A model generated the notes under the pieces. The model saw only the letters and a program-made list of their open reading frames with translations. It had not been told where the DNA came from and searched no databases. Shown piece by piece: positions 41,349 to 58,280 of a DNA stretch of 64,000 nucleotides. Positions within the stretch are counted from its first letter, which is position 1. Each line of letters opens with the position of its first letter. The stretch is taken from assembly GCF_009914755.1 (NCBI RefSeq), contig NC_060934.1. One strand, written 5' to 3'. The stretch is from the human T2T-CHM13v2.0 reference genome, Homo sapiens. Made by a program: the position numbers and the translations under genes.

Positions 41349-42489
41349 CATTAAAGCCCTGGATAGGTCTATTGTTAATTACATTGAATTCACAGTTCTT
41401 CCAAAACATTGAGCCTTAGTGCCTGAGAGATGCTAGTACCCTGACAAAATTTAAAAGGTAAAAGGAGACACCTGCTTTAAAAGACAGTGGGAATGAGGTT
41501 AAGAGGTAGAGTTGGACAGGGTTAACAGGTCCAAAGGGCCTAGGGCTATATGCCTATTTGAAGTTTTAGCAGTATAATACTCAAGTTGAAATACTAGCAT
41601 GTAGTCAGACTGAGGACCAGCTGGGGAGGAAGACCAGGACAGGAACAGAATGGTTTTCGAGAAAACCACATAGAGGTAAAAGCGGGATCATGAGATTGGA
41701 GGAAGGAAATAAAAAACCCTGGAAAAGATAGGAGGGAGAAAGAGAACAGAGCCTTGGGATTTGCCATATTTAGGGAGAGAAGCAAGGGACTGAAGACAGA
41801 GAAAGGCCCGAAAGTAGTGAATAAAAAATAGTAAAAGGTTCATTCAATCCAGGGTCACATCAGAAAAGAAACAAGATAGTCTGAATCAGAGGTGTAGATT
41901 AGCTGTGATGTCCAATTTAAACATACAACACTAAATTCATTGATATTAAAGGAACTCATAACATGAAATTACATAGCAAATCAAACTGCAATTTCTAGAA
42001 TGAACTGCACTTATCTTCTACTTAATTCTTCCATTCAGTATTGACTCAAGATCTATCAAGGGGAAACAAAGACAGTTAAAAGGGGGCTATATACCATAAC
42101 AAATTCTACTTGACGTCGTTATTGTCCGTCATTAAAAAAAAGATAAAAAATAAAAATAAAAAAAGGCATCTGTATTCTGCTGCCAGAAACCTCTACACAG
42201 GGAATAAAGGTCTTAATGATCAAGGCTAATTAATCATTGTTGGGTAGGCTTGATAGGAAATGGAATCTTGGTATACAGTATAAAAGACTACTAATGTTAT
42301 GTCAAAGTCTTACATGCAATTTTTTAAATCTGAAAAACATGAAAGAAGCTAATTAGCTATGATATCGTTTATCTGACTTATTTGACATGAATTAATCTTT
42401 TATGTGGTCAAGAGTCTGCCCTCTGATCAGCTATGATCAGTTGGATGACTCTGAACCCCAAACTTCCTACTTTTTTCTCTTTAATTAAC

Positions 42490-42745
42490 ATACACCTGAA
42501 TAGTACTTTTTGTATATCAGACCCAATTCCAAGCCCTTTACAAATTTAAATACATTTAATCCTCAAAATAACGCCATAACATCACTAGTGTTGTTATCTT
42601 CATTATACGAATAAGGAAACTGAGCCCTGGAGAGGTTAATTAACTTGTTTGAGATCACAGAGCTAGTAAATGATCAAACCAGAATTCATGCCCAGGGAGT
42701 CTAACTCCAAAGTTCATGCTTTCAAGCAGGACACTCTGTTGCCTA
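42490..42745 (-). mobile_element. MIR
   Basis: catttaatcctcaaaataac...ataaggaaactgagccctggagaggttaattaacttg...tcacagagctagtaa. Confidence 0.85.
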
Positions 42746-44230
42746 CTGCTCAAAGATATCCTGTGACAGAGAAAACGAACGCACACAATAATATTTGTAA
42801 TGTATTCTCAACAATAAACCCTTAATTTGCTAAATGCCAAGGATTTCATTTTATACTTTTCCTAAATTCAATACTCTTATCCTCAATTGATAATATCCAT
42901 TAAGTTACTAATTCCCTTATCTGTAAAACTATCAGGACTATGTCAGATGCCATTTATAGGTGAACGTCATTGTTCCAGAACCCCATAGCTTGGAATTCAG
43001 GGTAATTTGCTCTCATTTTACCTGAAGCTACTCTTTGCTAAAGGTTTTATGACCTGACAACATCATGGATTAGAATATCTGCTTTTGATTTCTATCAAAC
43101 CCAACATACCTCCTCTATGCAAGCTGCACCTGATAAAGCATTGTTTACTTTTATCTTTTTCTCTCAAATCCCCCATGATCATCCAGGAGCAATTCATGTG
43201 TTCTCTGATTCTCTGAAGTGCTGAATTATGACCCTATGATTCTGTGCTTAGCCTCTGCTGCAGAAAGGAATAGCTTTACATGTCCCACGGGAAACCCCAG
43301 CTTCAGGAAAGATTGTTGGAGAGCTCCCAGACAAAATGGTTTCAAGAAAATAAAACAATGGAGTCCCAACATCATGTATTGCCACAATTTCAGAGGAAGA
43401 ATTGGCAAGTTAAATAAATAAATAAATAAACCAGATCACAACATTAAAATTGTAAAACTTGAAGTTCACTCATGTTTAAAAAAAATCGTTAATATACATG
43501 GATCTAATTTGCTGACTTGTTGTCATAACACTTTTCCCACTTAATGGTGTGTCACTCTATGAAGTTAAAAATGATTATTTGTAGACAATTGACATGACAT
43601 GCCTAACATTTCCAATTGGTTAGGAATTTCAAAGTGATTGCTAAAGGATTGAATATATCAAAATGTTTTTGAGTAGTATGCTTAAAACTTCTCTTCAACT
43701 TAGGTATTTGCCATTTTATTGAAAATAGTTTCTCTGCTTTTTTGTTGTTGTTGTTGTTGTTCTTTTGAAAAGCCACATTGAGCAACGAGTCACCAGGTGA
43801 TTTCCCTTCTTTATTTCTGAGTTCCATTTCAAAGACAAAAAAAAATACTCTTCCTCTTCTTTATCTTCTAACATGTACCTGAGCTGCTAGGGTTCAAGGT
43901 TGTTAAGGAGACCATTAAAACAAAAACGTATGCTTATTTGACAAGGAGCTTTATTACATGGAAGTTTATATCCATGTCAAACATTTAAGGCAATTTAAAT
44001 TTTTAGTATCTCCAGAGACCAAGTTAAATGGCTGCTAAAAACTAGCTTTTTAGAGCAGTTTTCAATTTCTATTTAATTTATTTGAATAAAAGGTAACAAG
44101 CATCATATTTAAAATATCTGTTGAAGTTAGCTATCAAAATATTATGTTTGCTTTATTTTTCTTTATTGGATCACTAAATAAATATCATTCAGATTCACTA
44201 TCATCTCGAGCTAGATGATATTGAAAAATA

Positions 44231-44327
44231 CATAATGGCGGATTGTTGCCATAGTAACTCCTCTACAACCACACATTTTCTATGGCAACCCAGGCTCCAC
44301 AGAATACTAATGAAAACCCATAGCAAC
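44231..44327. promoter_or_regulatory. Candidate RFX (X-box) cluster with adjacent YY1-like motif
   Basis: GTTGCCATAGTAAC 44245-44258, TTTTCTATGGCAAC 44276-44289, AAACCCATAGCAAC 44314-44327; ATAATGGCGG 44232-44241. Motif match only. Confidence 0.6.
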
Positions 44328-45084
44328 AGAGAGTCAAAGAGGTGATGTCTAGAGACCAAATAGCTCATGTAACATTTATTACAAATGTTATGGATGCTTT
44401 TGTATATTTAATAAACAAAATCAGTGTTCAAAGGCAATATTAGCTAGAAAATATAAAAGACATATTAAAAATCTTTTATAAAAAAAGAATGCCTCTGGTA
44501 TTTAAAGAATCTACATCAATATAATAATAAATGTGAGAATATGTAATTTATATTTTTTTAAATACAGACTCATACTTTTTTATGAAAATGGATATACCTT
44601 TCCCCAGTTGCAAAAGATGTGCATGCTACATTGCAATGTGAACCCTCAAAGCAATTCAATAGCACTTTGTTTAGATTTTATTTTTTATTATTTGATTTTA
44701 CTTTATTTTAACATTTTCCTAGTTCCTATTCTTTTCAAGAGTCCAGCTATGTAACCTCTGAAAGCCTTGGGTTCTCATTTGCAGGAGGATGTTGTATTTA
44801 AAGGACATTAAAGACTCCATGATTCCTATTCTATCATTTACCAGCATATGAATTTGCATAAATCATTTAATCTGAGTGTCAGTTTCTTATCTGTCAAAGG
44901 GCATGATATCTCCCTCCTCCTCATTACCAATTTGCTGCAAAATGTGCTAGATATAAAAAAGCACTCTGTGAAAAAAATTAATACAGCTAAAGAAAAAAAC
45001 TAAAATGTTTCTTTACATTTTTATTTTAAGACATTAGAGTTAATTATAAAGATCCATTTATAATCCATGCATATTATAAATTAT

Positions 45085-45915
45085 TTGGATGTACAATTAT
45101 TTATTTTGTACCTACCATGTTACCAATTGTTGCTGCAACAGCAAGGTGAACGAGATAGGTAGGTAGGTCCCTGCATTCATAGAGCTTATGTTCCAGCAGA
45201 AAATGTTAGAAAATAAGTAAGTAAACAAAGGCGATTAAGAAATGTGAAAGTGCTGCAGAGGAACTAATCAGAGTGAAGTGATTAGAGGATTCTTAAGATG
45301 TGGGCTAGTTTGGGTCAGGTTGCAGGTCAGTGATCTGGGAGGAAGGAAGGGGCTGTGAAATTGAACTTTCAGGATAAGGAGCCAGCCATGGGAGGAGATG
45401 GACAGCCAGGCAGCAGGACAGCTGTTATAAGACACTGCAGTAGGAAAGAGGTTAATATGTTGATAAAAAAGCACAGAGGTCAGTGGGGGTAAAGAGCATA
45501 GAACACGGACAGGATAATGTGGTATGAAAACCTAGACGGAGAGAAAGCTAAAGCTGGACCCTGTTTTTATGACTGTGTGGACAATGGATTGCACAGAGGG
45601 ACCAGAAAGGAGGCTACAACATCACCAATATGAGAGATGATGGTATGACTTGTGCCAAGGACGTGGCACTGCTGACAGCAAGAAGTGAACATAAATAAGA
45701 CCTACCCTGGAGGCAGAGAAAACACAATTTGCTGCTGGATTTGGGTACAGGAGATAAAAGCAAGGGGGAATCAATTATGACTCCCAGGTTTTTGATAAGA
45801 ACAACTGGGTGGCTGATGATGCCATCTCCTATGATGGGAATTATGAAGAGGTGAACAGGTTTGGGATGGCAGGAAGAGGTGGACTGTGCCAGGTAATCAG
45901 GGCTCTATTTTGTAC
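45085..45915 (-). mobile_element. L2
   Basis: gtacctaccatgttacca...ggtccctgcattcatagagcttatgttccagc...gagagatgatggtatgacttg...tgactcccaggttttt. Confidence 0.78.
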
Positions 45916-45979
45916 TGATCTGCCTGTTAAATATTTTCCCAGTCCAAAGTCATAGATTTCCTTATAAATAGTTAATACT

Positions 45980-46296
<317 letters not shown>

Positions 46297-47194
46297 TTAT
46301 TACTATTTCATTAATAGTTATCCATAAATATAAAACCTATAGCAATCCAAAAAGACTCTTCTTTCAAAACATGCATCAAAATTATACACGGAAATTGTTA
46401 AATCATCAAAAGTATAAAAGTAGATTAGACAAATAATACTTGTGTGATAATGAAATAACATAGGGAAGAATACAGATCTAGAGCAATACATTCAAACTTT
46501 GGAAAATATGGAATAGCTTAGAGAAAATAAAAATTACCTCTAATCCTATCATCCAAAGATAAACCATGTTAATATTTTGATTAATACAAGTCGAATTTTT
46601 TTAATCTTGGAGTATTTAACTATTTATGGTAAGGCTACCTAAAATAAAAATTTACATTTCAAAAAGTATTGAAATGAACTAGGGGATTACAATTTACACC
46701 TAGATATTATCAAGTGCCTTAAAGTCTAGTCTCAGCCAAGGAATGCAATTAAAGACACAGGAATGAAACCAGTTGGTGGGGAGGGCTCAGCCAACCTTTG
46801 GGATGCTGGTGTTTCCCATCAACTAGTTCTCTGCTATCAACTGCTAACTTCAAACCCTGTATCTACAAAATCAGACATTCAGCTCAGATAAAATAAACTT
46901 AAAAAATACCATTTAATATTATCTTGGGGCCTTATAATTGATATGCTACCTATTTATTTAGGTAAAAACCAAATTGCTTTCATCATCAGCAAGGCATTCA
47001 TCCTTTAATCACATTTCAATCTCTTCTAATTTACTTATAAGACAACACTTACATATAGTTTTTAGAATTCTATATTATAGCTCAAAACATTTGCTTTCCA
47101 AAAATCTTGACTGTTAGCAAAAAGAAAAAAAAAACAGATTTAGGAAAGCATAAAGTTTAAGATGACAGGTCTTTGTTTAAAACTACTTATTCTT

Positions 47195-47641
47195 GCCAGG
47201 GCATGGTAGCTCGTACCTGTAATCTCAGCATTTTGGGAAGCCAAGGAGGAAGACTCATTTGAGCCCAAGAGTTCAAGAGAAGACTGGGCAACACACTGAG
47301 ACCCTGTCTTTACAAATTTTTTTTTAAAAATTAGCTGGGCATGGTGGTTCATGCCTGTGGTCCCAGCTACTCAAGAAGCTGAAGCAGGAACATCGCTTGA
47401 GCCCAAGAGTTTGAGACCAGTCTGGGCAACACAGTGAGAACCCACCTCTATAAAAAAATTCAGTAACATTAGCCAGGCACAGTGGCTCATACCTATAGTA
47501 CAGGTCCCTAGGAGGCTGAAGCAGGAGGATTGCCAGAAAGCCGAGGCTGTAGTGAGCCATGGTCGTACCACTGCACTCCAGCCTGGGTGACACAGCAAGA
47601 CTCTGTCTTCAAAAACAAAAAAATAAAAAACAAAAAAAAAA
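47195..47641 (+). mobile_element. Trimeric AluJ (left + chimeric middle + right monomer)
   Basis: Three monomers inside a single TSD pair ctacttattcttgc (47183-47196, 47645-47658). Confidence 0.85.
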
Positions 47642-49110
47642 CCCCTACTTATTCTTGCTTTGATAGCTGACTTTATTGTAAAAATTAAAGCTGTAGGAAT
47701 TTTTAAATATTCTATTTTGAGGTTATTGTCTCTATTAGGTATTTCCAGATAGACTAGTGTATATAGAGATTCTATACTTAGCTCCAATTTGATAAATTCA
47801 AATAAAAGTTATGTTTAAAATTTTATTATTATTCACATTGGGTTTAACTAAAATTTTCTTTAAAAATTCTGAAATGCAATTTCCACCTAAATTAAATCCA
47901 AGTTTAGCAGGTATGCAAAACAATGCAGTCATCACAATACCTACTGAAAATAATCACTATCATGACATACAGCAAAGCTTAAGACATTTTATTGCATGCA
48001 ATAATTGCACATTAAATAATGCAGAAAATATGCCTCCCAAGACTGAAAAAAAAATGTAAATCACAAAGACTTCCTTAAAGTTATTTTTAAGTGTTATCAT
48101 ATGGCTAGGAATAATTTATTTTCTAATAATAGACTGCTGGAGTTTTTTTAAGCAAATACAATGAATCATCATATAAGTTAAAAATAATGAACATTTATTG
48201 ATACAAAGGAAATACTAGTTCCTAGAGAATATCAAAGCATGTAAACCCTATGCAATATGAACATATATATTTAAGGAAATCTAAACAAATGTATAGATTT
48301 GGATACAAAATGTGGTCATGATTTATTGCTTTAAATTTTAGCTGGCCAATCCAATAAAATCAAACAAGGATTTTAAAAAAATAGAGCTGGGCAGGGAGGT
48401 CAGGGCATTGGGTAAGGGTATTCCACCTCTTTGGTTTTCTGGATAACTATAGGTGATATTTACAAATATGCAACATGGTAAAGGAGATCATTGGCAGAGC
48501 AATTTCCTAAACCTCCACACCACCTGAAGCATCCATATTGGGTTCTCTCTTTTTCTTTCATTTTCTCTTAAGTTGAAAATCCACGCTTGCCACTGAATAT
48601 CTGCTGTTGTTTTTGCCTAAGAAATATTGCCAATGCTTCCTGCCTTAGAGCCAAACACAAAAGAGAGGGTATTTTAACATAAGACGGACAAAGAAATAGA
48701 ATACATATCTCATGGAACTTGTGTAAACTCCAATGCTTTGATCAAAATAAGAGACATATCTCAATTATAATAAAGTCTGCATGGAGTTCAGTTGTAACTA
48801 TTTGAGTGGAGAATAGTTCACTTCAATTGATTCACTAATTCTGTATAATGGGATATAACAAGCTTTACAACCCACAGAATAATGTAGAATCCTTGAGATT
48901 AATTTGGAAGTTTTTTACCTACTATTTCTGTTTGGGTTTTGTTCAGCTGGTCTAGCTTGGTTGGGTGGAAATCTCTGAAGGCACATGATAATTCAACAAG
49001 AAGAGGAAAATAGTACAAGATTGTCAAGTATTTGTATTTCAAAATTCTCCCCTAAACCAACTTGTTTATGATTTATACCATGAGTAAAAAAATGAGCTAA
49101 TAAGAAATAT

Positions 49111-49782
49111 TGAGAAGTGAAGCCAGCTGGACTTCCTGGGTCGAGTGGGGACTTGGAGAGCTTTTCTGTCTAGCTAAAGGATTGTAAACGGACCAATCGG
49201 CACTCTGTAAAACAGACCAATCAGCACTCTGTAAAACGGAACAATTGGCACTCTGTAAAATGGGCCAATCAGCTCTCTGTAAAATGGACCGATCAGGAGG
49301 ATGTGTGTGGGGCCAAATAAGGGAATAAAAGCAGGCCACGGGAGCCAGCAGCAGCAACCAGCTCGGGTCCCCTTCAACGCTGTGGAAGCTTTGTTCTTTT
49401 GCTTTTCAAAATAAATCTTGCTGTTGCTCACTCTTTGGGTCCACGCTACCTTTATGAGCTGTAACACTCACCGAGAAGGTCCGCAGCTTCACTCCTGAAG
49501 CCAGCGAGACCGCGAACCCACCGGGAGAAACAAACAACTCCGGACGCGCCACCTTTATGAGCTGTTAACACTCACCGCGAAAGTCTGCGGCTTCACTCCT
49601 GAAGTCAGCGAGAGAACGAACCTACCAGAAGGAAGAAACTCCAGACACATCTGAACATCTGAAGGAACAAACTCCGCACACACCATCTTTAAGAACTTTA
49701 ACACTCACCACAAGGGTCCGTGGCTTCATTTTTGAAGTCAGTGAGACCAAGAACCCACCGGAAGGAACCAATTCTGGACACA
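49111..49782 (+). mobile_element. LTR12-family (LTR12F-like, ERV9) solo LTR
   Basis: TG...CA termini (tgagaagtgaagccagctggacttcctggg...attctggacaca), 4-bp TSD atat, 24-bp CCAAT repeats, three U5 repeats. Confidence 0.95.
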
Positions 49783-51639
49783 ATATGATTTACTGAATAT
49801 TAAACAAAGGTTTATGATACTATTGGGAGCTCACACATTTCTAAAACCTTAATGATTCAGGAGTTAAACTTCAGGTTTATTTCAGTTTTCTTAACTCTCT
49901 ATCCTATCTACACCTCCAGATATAGTCTTGGTGGAAAGACCTCTCATCATTTAAAAGGTGGTTACACCTAAATTCTTTTTACCTATCTGTAGAGAGTGGT
50001 CTTTCTGAGACTTCTTCAGGTTTAATATCTACTGATTTATCTGTAATTTGAATAAACTCATGTAATTAGAGTCCCAGCCCGGCATGAATCTTATTAGAAG
50101 CAGTTAATATAAATGTGAGAGCAGCAAACATGCCTAAAAAAAATCTATAAAATTAGATTGAATAGATAGAAGTACAACAACCAAGGGCCACTCCTTCTAA
50201 GGCCTGATAGACCTAATATCAATAGTTTCTGAACACCTTATCAGTTTGTACCTGATTTCATACAAGTGGTTCCAAGTCATTCATAGAACATTTCACATAT
50301 GACCTCTATACTAGTAAAATCCAAACTATGAGGAGGTATTTGCCCAAAACTCAAGCACAGGTCCATTATTCAGGACTTAAAATGTTCGTAGTCATTTTAA
50401 AAAATAAATTATTATAGCTTAAACCCTCGATATTACAAAAAAAAAAGCTCATTGCAGCCAAAAATACCTGAAGAATCAGATTAACAATGCTTTAAACAAA
50501 AATTATAACACACAGCCCCAGACAGCCTTTTCTCCCATCTCACATTGCACAACAGGTAAAAGCCTTAAAATTATGGCATAAGTAGAAATAGACAAAGGCC
50601 AGGGATGTCCACAAGCAGGACAACTACTCTGATTTTAACTCTTGACATTTGAGAACTCTTAAGGAAATATTTCACAGCCATATAAGCATCTTATTTTAAC
50701 TATATTCATAGTGAAACATTTTAAGCTTCAATATCTGCTAAGATAAATGAAAAGTAGCCCAATAAATTCTGCTTAGAAATTAAGTTGACACATCATGGTG
50801 AGAAGAGAATTAGTTTAAAAACTAAAATCATGCTTATTAAAAGAATCTTTGGCAAGCTGGAAATTTAAATCATTACATAATATAGCTAAATGTTGCTTTT
50901 AATAGGCAACACAAATTTAATTTCTATATCCACAATGAAGAAATTTAGCTTCTCTTTTTCTAAAAACAATTTTAACCCTTGCTTATACATTCAAAACCTA
51001 GATCTAATCGTGAATATAGAGGCCACTTTATACACCAAGAAGCAGTGGTTCAAAGGGGTTAGTGACTTGACCAAGATTGCTAAACCTATTAATTCCTAAG
51101 CTAAGCTGGAAAAAAATCAACCTCCAAAGTCTCAATTCCTCTGTTCTTAACGTTGTCCAACTTTCTTCTCTTCGTGTGATGGCTAACTTTGCATCTGGTT
51201 TTTCAGTACAAAATACTTATGATTTGCTTATGTTTTAATAAGGCAGACAGCTAAGATGAAATCTTCACCCTGAGAGAGCCTGAGTTATTAGTAAGAGCCC
51301 AGACAGAACATCCATCCAGGAAAAACAGCAGATTCTGTGTTCAGCTCAAGAAAGACTGCTTCAGGCAGGGCTATGCCTGCACTGAAGTGCAATGTCTACT
51401 GCTTAGATGACAAGAAAGAATCAACACTACTGAATTTACAAGAACAGACAAGGCATCAACCTACTCTCCTAAAAAACAAGCAACAAAAAAGAGTTGCTAC
51501 CATATTTAGCTGCTGGGTGTTAACTCTCAAATGAAACAGAGCCCATGATATGAAAAGATTTGGGAACATTTGTAAGAAGTAAGAAAAACAAAGCCAATGG
51601 TAAGCAGTTGAACTTTACTACATTTAAGGTTTCTGCAAA

Positions 51640-52100
51640 CCCATGAAATGGAGAAGATAGGGCAGTGCATTTCACTTGCTCAAGACCATGCAGAACCCTT
51701 CATACCTGTTTCTTACTTTCAAATTCTGCTTTATTTCCTACTACATTCTCACTCCAAACACGCCCATAGTGCCAGCTAAACCATGGAGTGCCTATGCCAT
51801 GTTGTTTCACATTTCAGTCACCTTAAATAATCCATTCATCTTTCTAATATTTTTTCTCTCTTTAACCTTATTAAAACTGCTTTTCCTCAGATACTTAATG
51901 AAAAACTTTACAGGTTCTTCCTAGGCAGAATTTGATCACCCTTTTCCCCATGCTACTAAGTTCCCCAATTTATCACATTCTGGTGATTGGCTTACCATCT
52001 CTCTTCATAACTCACTTATGAGCCTTTAGGGGAGAAGGTTGTGCTTGATTCTTCCTGGCAATGGACGTTGCATAGCAATTGCATTTGATACACATTCACT
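51640..52100 (+). mobile_element. L2 fragment
   Basis: cacttgctcaagacc...ggttcttcctaggcagaatt...atgagcctttaggggagaagg. Confidence 0.5.
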
Positions 52101-54789
52101 TAAAGAAGAAAATAGACAGTGCTATTGAGGGTGTGCCAAAATAAGTACTTTCATACAATGCCAAAGGGAAACTGGTACAATCTTTCTAGAAAGTATTTAG
52201 CAATATATTTGTAGTATCTTACTACTCTCAAATTCTTCGAACTAATAATTCCACCTTAAGACATATATAACAAAGATATAGCTGGATATATAAAACAAAG
52301 ATTCATGTTCAAGGATTTTTAACATGGCCTTCTCTGACGTAGTGAAAAACTGGAATCAAGTATAATATTCTAAAAATAAGGGAAGAATTAAATAAATCAT
52401 GGAGCCTCTTCAGGGTGAAATGAGATTATAAGAGATGACATGAGAAAAATACTATAATGTTAAGCGAAATATGTATTTATGAAATAAACCCAACTACATA
52501 ATATTTCTTATTCCTATTTCTAACCCTAAAAGATTAACTGCTATAGGAATTTCCTTTCTGATGTAAATTAAAGAATATTTGTAACAATGTTTATTCAGAC
52601 ATTGAAAAACAAGCAGCTCTGACTTGTGATCCCTAAGTGAAGAGGGAGGAGTGAGTTCAGCCCTGAGTGCTCATTTTGCCACACCCTCAATAGGTTGGCC
52701 CCAACTTTCTGAGAGCCAGTTTCAAGCCACAGTGCTGGAAGGAAGAACCCCAACATAGTGCAACAGTCGGAAATAATTCCAATTTGTGAGCTGAGTACAA
52801 GACAGGAGTGAACTGCACTGAAGGTTCCAAAGATCTGCAAAGAAGTTCACTGCATCATTAAATGAGTACAGATCTATGCATGGATGAGGTGAAACTCCAT
52901 GAGATAGAAGAAAGAACCAGTAGGCTGAAAAGTTCCTAGAGATTACACAGGTTTACAAATAATTCATGTTGCCATCAGCCAGAGTGGAGAGACTTTGTAA
53001 TACATGTGATATTGGGTAGACCTCAAGAAGGTCATGCCTTAGTAGTAGGGCTAAATTAGCCTGAGAACAAGCACTACTCTGGACCTGCCATAACAAAACT
53101 TACAAGCAGCTCCAAAAGATTAAACTGATCTGCAAGTAACAACTACATAACAGAGCAAAAAATCCAATCCTGTTTAAAGGAACAAAACAAAATCCAGCAT
53201 TCAACAATATAAAAATCTTAATGCCTGATACCTAATCAAAAATTAGCAGACATACAAAGAAGCAGAAAAAAAAATCCATCAAAACAGAAACAGAAATGAC
53301 AGAGATGATGGAATTAGCACATAAAAATGTTAACAAAGTTATTTAAAATATTATAAATATTCTCAAGCCTATAAAGGAAAATACAACCATAATAAAGAGA
53401 GAACTAAAAAAAATATAAACACCCAGATAAAATTTCTAGAACTGAAAATATGCTCAATAACTTCTAGAGTCAAATGTAGTCTAGATGAGCTTAACAGAAA
53501 ATTAGACATCATAAGAACAAAAGATCAATGAGTTTGAAGACAGAAATACACATTATCCTAAATAAAGCACAGACAGAAAGATGATTGAAAACGTGAACAG
53601 AGTATCAGTGACCAGTGGGACAATATCAAGCAGTCTAACATGTATAATTGTAGTCTCAAAGAAAGGGGGAGAAGTACAAATATATTTGAAGAAGTTATGG
53701 CTGAAAATTTTCCAAATTTGATAAAAAGCCTATAGATTTTAGAAGTTCAACAAACCCCAAATAGAATAAAAATAAAGAAAACCACACAAAGATACATCAT
53801 AATCAAATTGCTGATAAAGAGTGATAAAATGATAAAGAAAATATGCTAAAAGCAGACAGAGACAAAAGGACACATTAAGTAAGAGCAAAAATAAGAACGA
53901 CAGAAGATGTCAGAAACCAAGCAAACAGGAAGATAATGAAATGTTAGCTTCAAAGTTCTGAAAGAAGAGAATTATATAGAATTCTATATTCAGCAAAAAT
54001 ATATTTCAAAAATGAAGATGAAATAAAAAGTTTTAGACCAAAAAGAAAAAAAAAAGCTTAGAGAATTTATTACCACTAGACTTCCACTAAAAGATGGAAA
54101 TTTAATTCTTAAGGTCTTAGAAGAGAAATGAAGCATGCCCAAAGCAGCAAATATAAGAGGTAATTTTAAAAATATTTTAATCTATTAGCAATATTATATA
54201 TATTTATATTTTAAGTTACTTTTTAATGTAAAAATAACAATTACATATTATGGTGTTTATAACATGTAGAAGTAAAATATGTAATAACCTCATAAAACAA
54301 TGAGATGAACAAATAGAAGTACACTGTTGTAAGACTCTTACATGGGTGGTATATTAGAATTTGAATATATAATGATATTAAATATACATAGAGCAATCCA
54401 TAGACAAACCACTAAAGTAAATAACTACTAAAGATAAAACACAGAAGTATTTCTAATAAGCTAATAAATGAGATAAAACAGAATCCTTAAAAATAGTCAT
54501 TTCTAAAGAAGAATGGAAAACAAAAACAGAACACATGGATCAAATAGTAAACAGATAGCAAAATAAGAGATGTAAACCAAATCATATCAGTAATTACATT
54601 TACCATAAATCATTTCACATTCCAATGAAAAAGAAAAAAGTATCAAGCTGGATAAAAAAATAAGACTCACCTATATGCCTTCTATGAGAAATCTGCTTGA
54701 AATTTATAGACACAGGTTAAAAGTAAAATGACGAAAGAAGATAGATCATACAAATACTAACAAAGACAAAAAAAAGCCAAAAAGGCTAA

Positions 54790-57531
<2,742 letters not shown>

Positions 57532-57855
57532 AAAGAGGCATTTTATAATAAGGAGTTAATTTAATGAGAAGATTTAATAATAATTTACAATGTGCATGTG
57601 TCCAATAACAGAGCTTCAAAATATTATACATGATATAAAACTTGATAGAACAGAAAATTAGCTACATAATTAAAACATACACACACATACAAAAACAAAT
57701 GTATTATAATAAAATGTGAAGCATTATTTTCACTCTTATATTTTCCTGTATTTTGAGATTTTTTTCAATAAGCACATACTCAATGTTAATAATCCTGGTA
57801 TCCTGGCTCCATCTTATTTTTAATCTGTCAGCCCTTCCTTGACCTGGTGACAGAC

Positions 57856-58243
57856 CGTGATGGTTAATAGTGAGTGGCAACTTGATTTGAAGGATACAAA
57901 GTATTGATCCTGGGTGTGTCTGTGAGGGTGTTGCCAAAGGAGAATAACATTTGAGTCAGTGGGCTGGGAAAGGCAGACCCACTCCTAATCTGGGTGGACA
58001 CAATCTAATCAGCTGCCAGCACAGCCAGAATAAAGCAGGGAGAAAAATGTAAAAACGTGAGACTGGCCTAGCCTCCCAGCCTACATCTTTCTCCTGTACT
58101 GGATGCTTGCTGCCCTCCGACTCCAAGCTCTTCAGTTTTGAAACTCGGACTGGCTCTACTTGCTCCACAAGCTTGCAGACAGCCTATTGTGGGATCTTGT
58201 GATTGTATAAGTTAGTACTTAATAAACTCCCCTTTATATCTAC

Positions 58244-58280
<37 letters not shown>

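Noticed and set aside
49191-49300. 24-bp periodic repeats resembling a CRISPR-like array
   Set aside because: Contiguous CCAAT enhancer repeats of LTR12 with no unique spacers, in a primate context.
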